Positions 36,298 to 48,348 of a stretch of DNA of 64,000 nucleotides are shown here, piece by piece. The stretch comes from Squalus acanthias. Taxonomy: Eukaryota. The stretch lies in the NCBI GenBank assembly GCA_030390025.1, contig CM059432.1:142788001-142852000 (forward strand). The letters are read 5' to 3'. A program made the translations under genes and the position numbers. The notes beneath the pieces are model-generated. The model was not told where the DNA came from. It worked only from the letters and a program-made list of their open reading frames with translations, and ran no database searches. Numbering within the stretch: the stretch's first letter is position 1; the number at the start of each line of letters is the position of its first letter.

Positions 36298-37379
36298 TCT
36301 TAGGGGTCCGCATGCCGTGAGCCAGGGTAGTGAAGCCAGCTTACGATGGACATGGGCCAACGAGACCAAACTGACCACTATTTGCTGCAGGTTTCCACTC
36401 TGGTCATAAGAATGGCTGGAATGGCAATTAAAACAATTCACACTGGTTCATTGATGGGGAGGAGTGGTCTGTGATTAGAGCCAAGGCACGCTGTGGGGCC
36501 AAAGTTAGGGTAGCTTTACTCTGAGTCTGACCTGAACACTTTCTGGCAGAGTTTTATCCAAGTGGAAAATGTATTCCATTTCCAACACTGACAGCCTTCC
36601 CCCTGACCCAGTAGAAGATTTAGCAAAATAGTTTTTATACCTTTACTATAAATCTGAGACTGGGAGAGTAGATGAGTGGAAATATGGTATCCAGCGCTGC
36701 TGTATTTAGATGGCTCCATTTACATGTTCATCAGTAGGATGTGTAGGGTGAGCTGGATGCTTCGTTTAGGAGCCAAGAATTGCCCTCCTACCAGCAATCT
36801 GTTGGGGGCTTGGTAAAACCCACTGCACATATGGGAGGCAGACTGAGGCATTTCACTTCATCAAGGTTGTTGTCTAAGTAGAGAGCTTTGTTGCTTACTT
36901 CTCTTGCATGGTACTTCAAGGTTAATCTTTTGAACAAGGGGAGAGAGAGATGGGAAAAATGTCTAAGGAGTTGAGTTGGGGAGCAAATTGGATTGAATAC
37001 TTGGAGATTAAGTTAGCGTGAATTGCATTTAAAATTTTCAATGTCCACGTTACCTAATGTAACAAATAATTCATCTATTATGGGCTTGACAATAATTGGA
37101 TGCATTTATAAACCATTAAACCATCTGAACCATCAAACCTGGTGTGCTGTAACCATGTTACTGTAACAAGCTGGTTTGCACTTTTACTAAAATGGATGGA
37201 GTCACGCAACGTAATCCCTAAAACCCCAGTTGTAGTCTTGGGCAATCCTGTAATTATGTGTGACTCCATCGTCCGAAACCAGTGGTCGGATTTCTAAGTG
37301 AATGGAATCACACAAATGGGCCCCCGAAACACTGGTTAAAATCCTGGAGTCTCATGTAATAAAGAGGGAATTTTTATTA

Positions 37380-37552
37380 CACATTCCCGGGATGTGGGCA
37401 TTGCTGGCAAGGCCAGCATTTATTGCCCATCCCTAGTTGCCCTTGAGAAGGTGGTGGTGGTGAGCCGCTGCCTTGAACCACTGTAGTCCGTGTGGTGAAG
37501 GTGCTTCCACAGTGCTGTCAGCTAGGGGAGTTCCAGGATTTTGACCCAATGA
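37380..37552 (-). mobile_element. LINE family B 3' fragment
   Basis: gggatgtgggcattgctggcaaggccagcatttattgcccatccct...ccaggattttgaccc. Confidence 0.85.
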
Positions 37553-39077
37553 CTCTGATTATAAATCTGTAACATTATACAGTAGTGATTCTGGTCACTG
37601 CATGACAGCAGTTGGGTTCCATTTCAAAAAACTGAACTAAGAGTTTTAAATATAGAACATGTTCGACAGTTCTCTACGTACAAGGCACAAGTACTTGCAA
37701 TTTTGTGAAAATGCAGTCATTGATGTGTAGTTGTATATTACATCCCGAGAGGAAAGTCAACTAAATGATGTGCCAGCCTGATGGAGTTAATTCATGGTTA
37801 AACCAAAGTCAACATGATTACAATTTAAACTTCTTAGAAATCCTAGTAGATCTCCAATGGTGGTGCTCTGAGTAATCAGGGTCCTGCAGTATGTTTTTTG
37901 ATGTTTATCCTAGAAATAAAGTTCATAATGCAACAAAAGATTTAAAAAAAAATGTAATTCTGAAAATGAAAAATTGTTAAAGTGAACTTGCCCATAAAAT
38001 TGGTCATTGCATGTTATAAATGCCTGTAAGGAGTTTCTCCAGGAGACCTGTCTGAAGCCTGGGCCGTTTGTTGCAATTTTCGCCTGGGTGCAGATATTTC
38101 CAGCTGCTCTTGAGAAATTCATTTACAGTCCCCTGCAACCTCAACATGCCAGTAATTATTTCTCAACTTCTTGAGGTACAAATATTACATACCTGACTAA
38201 GACCGAAAGATACCAGCATCGGAAATATGCTTGCCGTGCAGTCTGCTTGCCGTGCAGTCTACTTACCACTTTCCAAAACTAGCTCAAGATACAAGTAACA
38301 TTGCACCTCTTCGCCATAATTATTTACATTAGAATGTTTTTGGCCCTCCTTTTCCATGGTGGATTCACAGCATTTGCTTAAAACCGAAATACTTCCGATA
38401 TTATCCTTCTGCAAATGCGTCATTTATTTTGCACGGATACAGGTGTTCTGATTTAGGATTTATCTGCCAACGACCCAGCAGCAGTAAGAAGGAAACAAAA
38501 AATGATGGATGCTGGAAATGTGCAACAAAAAGAGAACCTGCTTGGCGGGTCAGGCAGCCTCTGGAGGGTGAGCAGATGATTTGACGTTTCAAGTGTGGAC
38601 CCTTCACCCGAACACTTCTGCCTGACCCGCTGAGTGTGTCTCCGATATTAAAAAGATGTCTTTCCAAACCTTCACGACCATGAAATTGAAACAGGACTGA
38701 CCAGGACTGAAGAAATTTAACTGCACATTGCCTGGGCATGATGAACCCTGGCCATAATTTAGAAGCCCCTGCTTGCATTGAATGGGTGGGTAGTAGTAAA
38801 AACGGTTGGTTTTCGGAGGGGGAGGGTGGGGGTGGGAGTGGGAGGGAAGAGAATAGGATGTCATGAATTGTTATGCCCAAGTGGCCTGTTGACCATTTGA
38901 ACCACTGATTCTTGTCTCAGTGCATTTCTGCCACTGCTACCAATCCAGTATATTTTGAATTATCTCCATGAATTTACTCTGACTTCATCATAGTCACAGG
39001 GCGTTGGCGAAATTAGTAGCACAAATTGACCAGAGTCAAATGTGCTTCAACTGCACTGTAACTGCACTGATCAGGAG

Positions 39078-39335
39078 CATAGAAACATAGAAGATAGGAG
39101 CAGGAGTAGGCCATTTGGCCCCTCGAGCCTGCTCCACCATTCAATAAGATCATGGCTGATCTCATCTCCACTTCCCTGCCTGCTCCCCATAACCCTTGAC
39201 TCCCTTACCTTTCAAAAATCTGTCTATCTCCACCTTAAATATATTCAATGACCCAGCCTCCACAGCTCTCTGGGGAAGAGAATTCCAAAGATTCACGACC
39301 CTCCGAAAAGAAATTCCTCCTCATTTCTGATTTAA
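39078..39335 (-). mobile_element. CR1 3' fragment
   Basis: catagaaacatagaa tail followed by the aggagcaggagtaggccatt 3' UTR. Confidence 0.88.
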
Positions 39336-40654
39336 GCTTATCAAAGCTGGTTCATACTTGCCACAAAGACACCTTCATGTCCAATTTGGCATAGAAGTAT
39401 TTTTTCCACTCCAAGGCCCAATGTGAATCGTGCATGAGCAGGTCACATTCATGGCACTGCACTCTCTAAGATATTTGAGTAGTTTTCGAATAACTATGGG
39501 ATTAACGTGAGTGATGTAGAGTTTGTTGGAAAATGATTGCAGGGACTGAGAGACGTTGATGCAGTGAATGGCGGGGGGAGAGTGAGGGTTGAGGGGAGAG
39601 GAGAAATCTGAGATGTTAAGTCACCAGCACGTGTTATACAAGAGAAATATTTTGAATGCTGAGAGTCATTTTTCTCCCCTAATTGAGAACACCTATTAGG
39701 AATGCCAGTTATAGAAGCTGCGAGTTGAATTATCTGAGTTCTGTAATTAGGTACTTCTGCACTTAGTATTAAAGGCTGTATTATTGTGGCGTAGTTCTAG
39801 TAAAGTTAAGCATTTTATACCATAATTGTATTATGCTAAATTACGTTACATTATATTACAGCTTCGTAAAATACACCTAGCCAAATATTTTTCTCCATTT
39901 AATATGTACAGGCTGCCCTTTTGGCATGCTGCTGTATCATGCGATAGGAAAGAAAAAGTAATGGTGCACTTATTTTACTGCCATAAATAACACTTATGGA
40001 AGGAATGGTACATACAGGATGACGGCCAACAGTGAGATGCAAAGGCAGTAATTGAATCTCTATCAAATGGCATCCTCGTCAAAGTGGTTTTAGAAACACA
40101 AACAGAACTGGATTTGTCTTAAACTTCACACCATGCATTTATTATATGGTTCAGTTTTTATTTGAGAACGACATTCAGTTTTCAATGAAGTTACTGTTAT
40201 CGTATTGCAGTGACCTTGAACGCTGTCCAAGTCATATGTACTGCTTTTGGTTTGATATTTAGCCCATTTCCATCTGCTGATGCCATTTCACTTTGTTGAG
40301 GCCACCATTGATTGGACATCTAGATGCTGTGTTTTATATCTTGTGATTAGCAAACGGCTAATGCCCCAGTTTTGTTTGAAATAATTACGACCAGTTTGAG
40401 ACAACATGACTTGTTGGCAAGAGCAATAATCTAGTTTACAAGAAGTCAGGACTGCTTCTGGATGCGTTTTGTTGGAGTGTTCCCCTTTACTTGCATATAC
40501 AGTTGGCTTCAGTAGCCTCGGGTGCCCAAGTAAAACATGTCCCATCCTTGGCTTTGTTTTCAATGCATCATGAGATTGTGATTTTTTTGCTGCTCTGCTC
40601 TCCACCTATCCTGAAGCTTTTGATTCCTTGCTGGGATATGATTTTGTCAGTAAA

Positions 40655-40935
40655 ACAAAAAACAAAATACTCCAGAGGCTGATACGTGAAATAAAAACAG
40701 AAAATACTGGAAACTTTCAGCAGGTCAGGCAACATCTGGAGAGAGGAAGGTAAGGTTAATTTTTCGGGTCGATAACCTTAATGTAACGTCTTCAGGCTGT
40801 GACGAGAGGTCATTGACCTGAAACGTTGACCCGACCGTCCTCTCTCCATAGATGCTGCCTGACCTGCTGAAAGTTTCCAGTATCTTCCGTTTTTTGTCAG
40901 CTATCAATCTGCAGTATTTTGCTTTTTGTTTTGTT
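40655..40935. mobile_element. Penelope-derived inverted (hairpin) repeat
   Basis: Arms aaaatactggaaactttcagcaggtcaggcaacatct and agatgctgcctgacctgctgaaagtttccagta, with a degenerate hammerhead core at 40799-40828. Related copies are at about 7662, 12476, 17974, 19775, 38495, 54335, 56170 and 61036. The Penelope assignment is inferred from the hammerhead motif and inverted structure. Confidence 0.7.
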
Positions 40936-41522
40936 TTAAGTGTTGTGTGCCTTCCAATACCTTGTCCAAGTGGTCATCCTTCATGTGTGCCTACACAGCA
41001 TCCACTGGTAATTCAGTGGCAAGGAGCATTGTAGCCAATCCCATCATGCCCATACACAATCACGTCCAGCAACCGATGCTGAAACCATAACTGACTAATA
41101 CCCTGCCCCAAACCCAGACATGCTGACACCAGTTGTAGCGCCCCTATTGCTACTTGGTTGAGGTCAGCCTGGTCTGGAAGCTGAACCTGGGATGATTTTG
41201 GTCTGTATGATTTGACGTCAGCCGTGACTCAGTGGGTAGCACTCTCACCTCTGAATCAGAGGTTCGTGGGTTCAGGTCCCACTCCAGAGACTTGAGCACA
41301 TAATCAAGGCTGACACTCCCAGTGCAGTACTGAGGGATTACTGCACTGTCTGAGGTGCTGTCTTGGATGAGGTGTTAAACTGAGACCCCGTCTGCCCTCT
41401 TGGGTGAACGTAAAAGATCACATGGCACTATTTTGAAGAAGAGCAGGGGGGTTCTCCCTGGTGTCCTGGCCAATATTTATCCCTCAACCAACATCTCTAA
41501 AAACAGACTATCTGCTCATTTA

Positions 41523-43354
41523 GAATCATAGAAAGTTACAGCACGAAAGGAGGCCATTTCGGCCCATCGTGTCTGCGCCGGCCAACAAAGAGCTATCCAG
41601 CCTAATCCCACTTCCCAGCTCTTGGTCCGTAGCCCTGCAGGTGAGAGCATCCCAAGTGCACATCCAAGTACTTTTTAAATGTGGTTAGGGTTCCTGCCTC
41701 TACCACCCTTTCAGGCAGTGAGTTCCAGACCCCCACAACCCTCTGGGTGAAGACATTTCCCCTCAAATCCCCTCTAAACCTTCCCCCAATTACTTTAAAT
41801 CTGTGTCCCCTGGTTTTTGACCTATCTGCTAAGGGAAATAGGTCCTTTCTATCCACTTTATCTAGGCCCCTCATAATTTTATACACCTCAATAAGGTCTC
41901 CCCTCAGCCTCCTCTGTTCCAAGGAAAACAGATCCAGCCTATCCAGTCTTTCCTCATAGCTAAGATTCTCTACTCCCGGCAACATCCTTGTAAATCTCAT
42001 CTGTACCCTCTCTAGTGCAATCACATCTTTCCTGTAATGTGGTGACCAGAACTGCACGCAGTATTCTAGCTGAGGCCTAACTAGTGTTTTATACAGTTGA
42101 AGCATAACCCCCCTGCTCTTGTATTCTATGCCACGGCTAATAAAGGCAAGCATTCCGTATGCCTTCTTAACCACCTTATCTACCTGGCCTGCTACCTTCA
42201 GGGATCTGTGGACATGCACTCCAAGGTCCCTTTGTTCCTCTACACTAATCAGTGTCCTACCATTTAATGTGTATTCCCTTTCCTTGTTAGCTACCGCCCC
42301 CCCCCAAATGCATTACCTCACACTTCTCCGGATTGAATTCCATTTGCCACTGTTCTGCCCACCTGACCAATTTATTGATATCTTCCTGCAGTCTACAGCT
42401 TCCTTCAGTATCAACCACACAGCCGATTTTAGTATCATCTGCAAACTTCTTAATCATACCCCCTATATTCAAGTCTAGATCATTGTTATATACCACAAAA
42501 AGCAAGGGACCTAGTAATGAGCCCTGCGGAACCCCACTGGAAACAGCCTTCCAGTCACAAAAACACCCATCAACCATTACCCTCTGCTTCCTGTCTCCGA
42601 GCCAGTTTTGAATCCAACTTGACACTTTGCCCTGGATCCCATGGGTTTTTAACTTCGTGACCAGTCTGCCATGTGGAACCTTATCAAAAGCCTTGCTAAA
42701 GTCCATATGCACTACATCAGACGCACTACCCTCATCTACCCTCCTTGTTACCTCCTCAAAAAATTCAATCAAGTTTGTCAGATACGACCTTCCCGTAACA
42801 AGTCCGTGCTGACTATCCTTGATTAATCCGTGTCTTTCTAAATGAAGATTTATCCGTCCTTCAGAATTCTTTCCAATAATTTTCCCACCACCGAGGTTAG
42901 GCTGACTGGCCTGTAATTACTCGGTCTATCCTTTTCTCCCTTTTTAAACAAGGGTACCACATTAGCAGTCCTCCAGTCCTCCTGCACCACACCTGAAGCC
43001 AGAGAGGATTGAAAAATGATGGTCAGGGCCTCTGCTATTTCCTCTTTCGCTTCGCTTAACAGCCTGGGATACATTTCATCCGGGCCTGGGGATATATCTA
43101 CTTTTAAAGCTGCTAAACCCCTTAATACTTCCTCTCTCGCTATGTTTATTTCATCTAATATTTCACGCTCCTTCCCCCTGATAGCAATGTCTGCTTCGCC
43201 CCTCTCCATTGTGAAAACAGACGCAAAGTATTCATTAAGAACCCTACTGACGTCTCCCGCCTCCACACACACATTGCCCTCATGATCTCTAATAGGCCCT
43301 ACCCTTTCTTTAGTTATCCTCTTACTCTTAATATATTGATTTTACTTGCCAAGA
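41523..43354 (-). mobile_element. 5'-truncated CR1 LINE (second subfamily), frameshifted
   Basis: ORFs 42850-43272, 42287-42772 and 41602-42219 carry NYRPVSLTS, MDFSKAFDKVPH, KFADDTKI and RPQLEYC. Candidate TSD attta. Confidence 0.95.
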
Positions 43355-43455
43355 ATTTATCTCCTTGCTGTTTGTGGGAGCTTGCTGTGCGCAAATTGGC
43401 TGCCGCATTTCCTACATTACAACAGTGACTACACTTCTAAAGTACCTCATTGGCT

Positions 43456-44554
43456 TTTTATTTTTTGTTCGTTCACGGGATGTGGGCGTCGCTGGCAAGG
43501 CCGGCATTTATTGCTCACCCTAACCGCTGTAGTCCATGTGGTGAAGGTACTCCCACTGTGCTGTTAGGGAGGAAATTCCAGGATTTTGACCCAGCGACGA
43601 TGGAGGAACTTGGATATATTTCCAAGTCAGGATGGTGTGTAACTTGGAAGGGAACTTAGAACTGATGGTGTTCCCGTGCGCCTGCTGCCTTTGTCCTTCT
43701 TGGCGGTGGAGGTGCTGTCAAAGACGCCTTGGAGAGTTGCTGCAGTGCAACTTGCAGAGCAGTCTTTTTCTTTTTTGTAGATGGTCGAAAGGCTTTGGGA
43801 AGTCTGGGTGAGTCACTCGCCGCATAATACTCATCCTTTGACCTGCTCTTGTAGCCACAGTATTTGTGGCTGGTCCAGTTAAGTTTCTGATCAATGGTGA
43901 CCCCCCAGAGTGTTGATGGTGGGGGATTTGGCGATGGTAATCCCGTTGAATGTGAAAGGGAGGTGGCTAGATTCTCTCTTGTTGGAGATGGTCATTGCCT
44001 GGCACTTGTGTGGTGCAAATGTTACTTGCCACTTATCAGCCCAAGCTTGAATGTTATCCAGATCTTGCTGCATGTGGGCACGGACTGCTTCATTATCTGA
44101 GGAGTTGCGAATGGAACTGAACACTGTGCAATGATCAGCGAACATCCCCACTTCTGACCTTGTGATGGAGGGAAGTTCATTGATGAAGCAGCTGAAGATG
44201 GCTGGGCCGAGGGCACTGCCCTGAGGAACTCCTGCAGCGATGTCCTGGGGCTGAGATGATTGGCCTCCAACAACCTCAACCAGTGGAGAGTTTTCCCCCT
44301 GATTCCCATTGACTTCAGTTTTACTAGGGTTCCTTGATGCCACACTCAGTCAAATGCTGCCTTGATGACAAGGGCACTCACTCTCACCTCGCCTCTGGAA
44401 TTCAGCTCTTTTGACAATGCTTAGACCAAGGCTGTGATGAGGTCTAGAGCATAGTGGTCCTGGCGGAACCCAAACTGAACGTCAGTGAGCAGGTTATTGC
44501 TGAGTAAGTGTTGCTTGATAGCATTGTCGACGACACCTTCCATCACTTTGCTGA
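43456..44554 (-). mobile_element. LINE family B fragment with RT core
   Basis: Encodes GVPQGSALGPAIFSCFINELP, MFADHC and WQVTFAPHKCQ. The 9-bp TSD tcattggct is at 43447 and 44555. Confidence 0.92.
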
Positions 44555-45189
44555 TCATTGGCTGTGAAGTACTTTGGGAAGTCCACGGTTGTGAAAGGCA
44601 CTATATAAATGCAAGTTCTTTCTTGGCATGTTAACCAAGTGAGATGTTGGAAAGCTATTTGGAGGATTGCTTGAGAGTTGCTCGCATCTGCGCTGTGATG
44701 GCATACAGAGTATCAAATAGTGTGAAGCAATGGTCATCAGTTAGAGCACTACTTTGAAAAGATTTATCTAATCTTGATTATAAAGCCAGGTCTTGTGTAG
44801 TTATTAACTGAGTGGAATCTATGTAACATTTACTGTATCTTATCAGTAAAGCTTGCTATTTTGTATTTTAACACAGTTTCAAATTCCTGACACATTTGCA
44901 CCTAGATTCTTATTTTATTGCACTCAACTGGGAAATAGTATGCGTACTTGGTCTGCAATGATTTATGAAGTGCAGGGTGTACTTCTGGTTTTTCTCCACT
45001 AAGACTTTAAGGGGCAAAGTTAAATTCATAAGATTTTCAATAGTTCAAACAATTTAGGTGTTTTTAGTGATTGCACGTGTTGTATGTGGTGTTGTGGCAT
45101 TGATAGACACTTGTCAGATCTACATTTAAATTTGCCGTCAAAGTTGTAGAGATGTTTCCTTGTCCCATTGTTTCCATCCAGCAACCACA

Positions 45190-45470
45190 ACTTGCATTTA
45201 TATATAGCGGCTTTAATGTAGTAAGACGTCCCAAGGCACTTCACAGGAGCGTTATTTGTCAAAATTTGACACTGAGCCACATAAGGAGATATTGGGAAAG
45301 GTGGTCACCGAGGTAGGTTTTAAGGAGCGTCTTAAAGGAGGGGAGAGGCGCGGAGAGGTTTAGGGAGGGAATTCCAGAGCTTGGGGCCCAAGCAGCTGAA
45401 GGCACAGCTGCCAGTGGTGGAGCGATTAAAATCGGGGATGCTCAAGAGGCCAGAATCGGAGGAGCGGACC
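45190..45470 (-). mobile_element. L2 3' end fragment
   Basis: acttgcatttatatagc..gacgtcccaaggcacttcacaggagcg..gagaggtttagggagggaattccagagc. Confidence 0.82.
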
Positions 45471-46169
45471 ACAGCTAGTCTCTGTTTACTATTAAAAACC
45501 ATATATGCTTATTGTTGCTGCAGGTAGTTGATTTTCCAGAGTGAGAGTCTAGCATTTTGTAAGCAGGGTAGAAACTCTACTGCAGGGGTAAAGAATGCCT
45601 TTGTTAAACGTATAGAACCACCAAATTCATTTTCTCTGTGTGCCTTGCTTTATTTAAAAGCCATATAATGCTGTTTGGTGTAACTAAACGTGTAGAGACC
45701 AACAGGCCATTAATGTTTAAGACATTATTGATTTGTGCTCCCTGCAGTATTATGTTACTGGCTATCCAAACAATATTCAATTCTACTTTTTCAAATTAGC
45801 TTCATGTGATTGTGTTGCAGTGAAATTCTTGGATTGTTAACAACCGTATTCTAATAACAACTTGCAAGTAGTCGATCTCCTGTAGTAATGCACAAAGGGA
45901 GCCAAGACCAAATGCCATCTTGAGCTGAACCAGGGTTCAAGGGCAGGGGCAATTGAACCACAGCACACAAGTCCCCATTTTCAAATCATATATTTTGTCT
46001 TGAATTTTAGATTACCATTATAATTTCTTGTATCCATATTTTTAATGGGAACTGCCTATGTAAACTTGTCAATCTTTAAGGATCTAGAACTGTAAAGCTG
46101 TATCCAAAGTGAACAGGGTTCTTTGGTATATTCATAGGACAATTCACTATAAAACAAAGCATACCATTT

Positions 46170-46790
46170 TACAAAGTATTTGCAGCACAGAAGCAGGCCA
46201 TTCAGCCCAATAGATCTGTGCCGGTCTTTAAGCTCCACACAAGCTCCTCCCACCCTTCTTAATCTAACCCATCAGCATATCCTTCTATTCCTTTCTCCCT
46301 CGTAAATGCATCTGTGCTATTCGCCTCAACTATTCCTTATGGTAGTGAGTTCCACATTCTAACCTCTCTCTGGGTAAAGAAGTTTCTCCTGAGTTCCCTA
46401 TTAGATTTATTAGTCACGATGCGGAGATGCCGGTGTTGGACTGGGGTGGACAAAAGTGAGAAGTCGCACAACACCAGGTTATAGTCCAACAGCTTTATTT
46501 GAAATCACCAGCTTTCGGAGCGGTGCTGCTCCTTCGTCAGGTGAAGTGACTTCACGTGACGAAGGAGCAGCGCTCCGAAAGCTTGTGATTTCAAATAAAG
46601 CTGTTGGACTATAACCTGGTGTTGTGCGACTTCTCAGATTTATTAGTGACTATCTTATGTTTATGGCCCATAGTTTTGGACTCCACCCCCCCCCCCACAC
46701 AAGTGGAAACATCTTCTCTCTGTCTACCCTATTAAACCCTTTCATAATCTTAAAGACCTCTATCAGGACACCCCTCAGTCTTCTCTTTTC
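46170..46790 (-). mobile_element. CR1 3' fragment interrupted by a palindromic element
   Basis: Encodes RRLRGVLIEVFKIMKGFNRVDREKMFPLV and has the CR1 3' UTR ggccattcagccc. Confidence 0.8.
46415..46635. mobile_element. 221-bp Penelope-like palindromic insertion with a 12-bp TSD
   Basis: TSD agatttattagt at 46403 and 46636. A near-perfect inverted repeat of about 180 bp (46457-46636) has a hammerhead-like core on each arm. Confidence 0.85.
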
Positions 46791-47440
46791 TTGTCCTTGT
46801 ACAAGACCTTGGTTAGGCCTCAGTATAAACACTGTGCCCAATTTTGGTCATCTCACATGGTGTGGGATACTGAGGCTTTGGAAAGGGTGCAGAGGAGGAC
46901 CACAAAAATCTCTGAGTTACCCAGATGGCTCAAAGAGCTGTGTCGGGAAGAGTAGACTTCGGGTGATTTGATCAAGGCTTATAAAATAATGATGGGTTGG
47001 ATGGACCTGTAGGTCTTGTCTATCATTTGCAACTAATTAATTTTTGATGTATTGGCACTGCTGTGCATTGTAAGCTGAAATGGAAATTACAGCACAGAAT
47101 GAGGCTTCTTTTCCCAATGCTAGCTCTTCAGAAATAGGGAACATACATGGGTGTGGCCTCGGGAACAGCCAGTTTGCTGCCGTATTCTCGCGGAACTGCT
47201 TTTGGAAGTGGTACGGATGGCTCGGTATCAGACTGCATCTTTCAAACTTCACAATCAAAGGACCAACAAAATACGAAGTGCACCCACGAGCAATCAAACA
47301 CTGAAATAGTTATACACGTTAATAAAATTCAGGAGAGATCATAAAACATTAAAATGATTCAAAATTTCTCTCCCTGTTACTCTGTCTCAGTCTGTTGTGC
47401 TCAAGTTATACTGCTGCTACTGGTCTTGTTATTAGAGGAG

Positions 47441-48348
47441 GAGTCTTAGGCAGTCCCTCGGAACCGAGGATGACTTGCTTCCACATTAAAAATGAGTTCT
47501 CAGGTGACTGATGAGTCCAATGCGGGACCTACAGTCTCTGTCACAGGTGGGGCAGACGGTGGTGGAAGGGGTGGGTGGGGTGCTTGGGTTGACGTGCGCT
47601 TGGCTTCCGCTTGCTCCCGGCGAAGAGACTCGAGGTGTTTGGCGCCTTCCCGGATGCTTCTCCTCCACTTTGTGCGGTCTTGGGCCAGGGATTCCCAGGT
47701 GTCGGTGGGGATGTTGCACTTTTTCAAGGAGGCTTTGAGGGTGTCCTTGAAGCGTTTCCTCTGCCCACCTGGGGCTCTCTTGCCGTGCCGGAGCTCCGAG
47801 TAGAGCGCTTGTTTTGGGAGTCTCGTATCGGGCATGCGGACAATGTGACCCGTCCATCGGAGCTGATCGAGCGTGGTCAAAGCTTCGATGCTGGGGATGT
47901 TGGCCTGAGCAAGAACACTGACGTTGGTGCACCTATCCTGCCAATGGATTTGCAGGATCTTGCGGAGGCAGCATTGGTGGTACCTCTCCAGTGCTTTGAG
48001 GTGCCTGCTGTACATGGTCCATGTCTCTGAGGCATACAGCAGGGCGGGTATCACTGCTGCTCTGTAGACCATGAGCTTAGTGCCGGGTTTGAGTTCCTGG
48101 TCTTCAAACACTCTCTTCCTCAGGCGACCGAAGGCTGGACTGGCACACTGAAGGCGGTGTTGGACTTCGTCATCGACGTCTGCCCTTGTTGACAGTAGGC
48201 GCTCCCGAGGTATGGAAAGTGGTCCACATTGTCCAAGGCCTTGTCGTGGATTTTGATAATCGGGGGGCAGTACTGTGTGGCGGGGGCAGGTTGGTAGAGG
48301 ACCTTTGTCTTACGGATGTTTAGTGTAAGGCCCATGCTCTCGTACGAG
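47441..48348 (-). mobile_element. 5'-truncated RTE-clade (BovB-like) LINE
   Basis: Encodes GLTLNIRKTKVLYQP, VDHFPYLGS, TKLMVYRAAVIPALLYASETW, QLRWTGHIVRMPDTRLPKQALYSEL and CPTCDRDCRSRIGLISH. The 10-bp TSD attagaggag is at 47431 and 48349. Confidence 0.95.

Larger units (their letters stand above)
41216..44622 (+). mobile_element. DeuSINE split into three pieces (41216-41522, 43355-43455, 44555-44622)
   Basis: The pieces join colinearly with the intact copy at 8574-9045. Confidence 0.88.
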
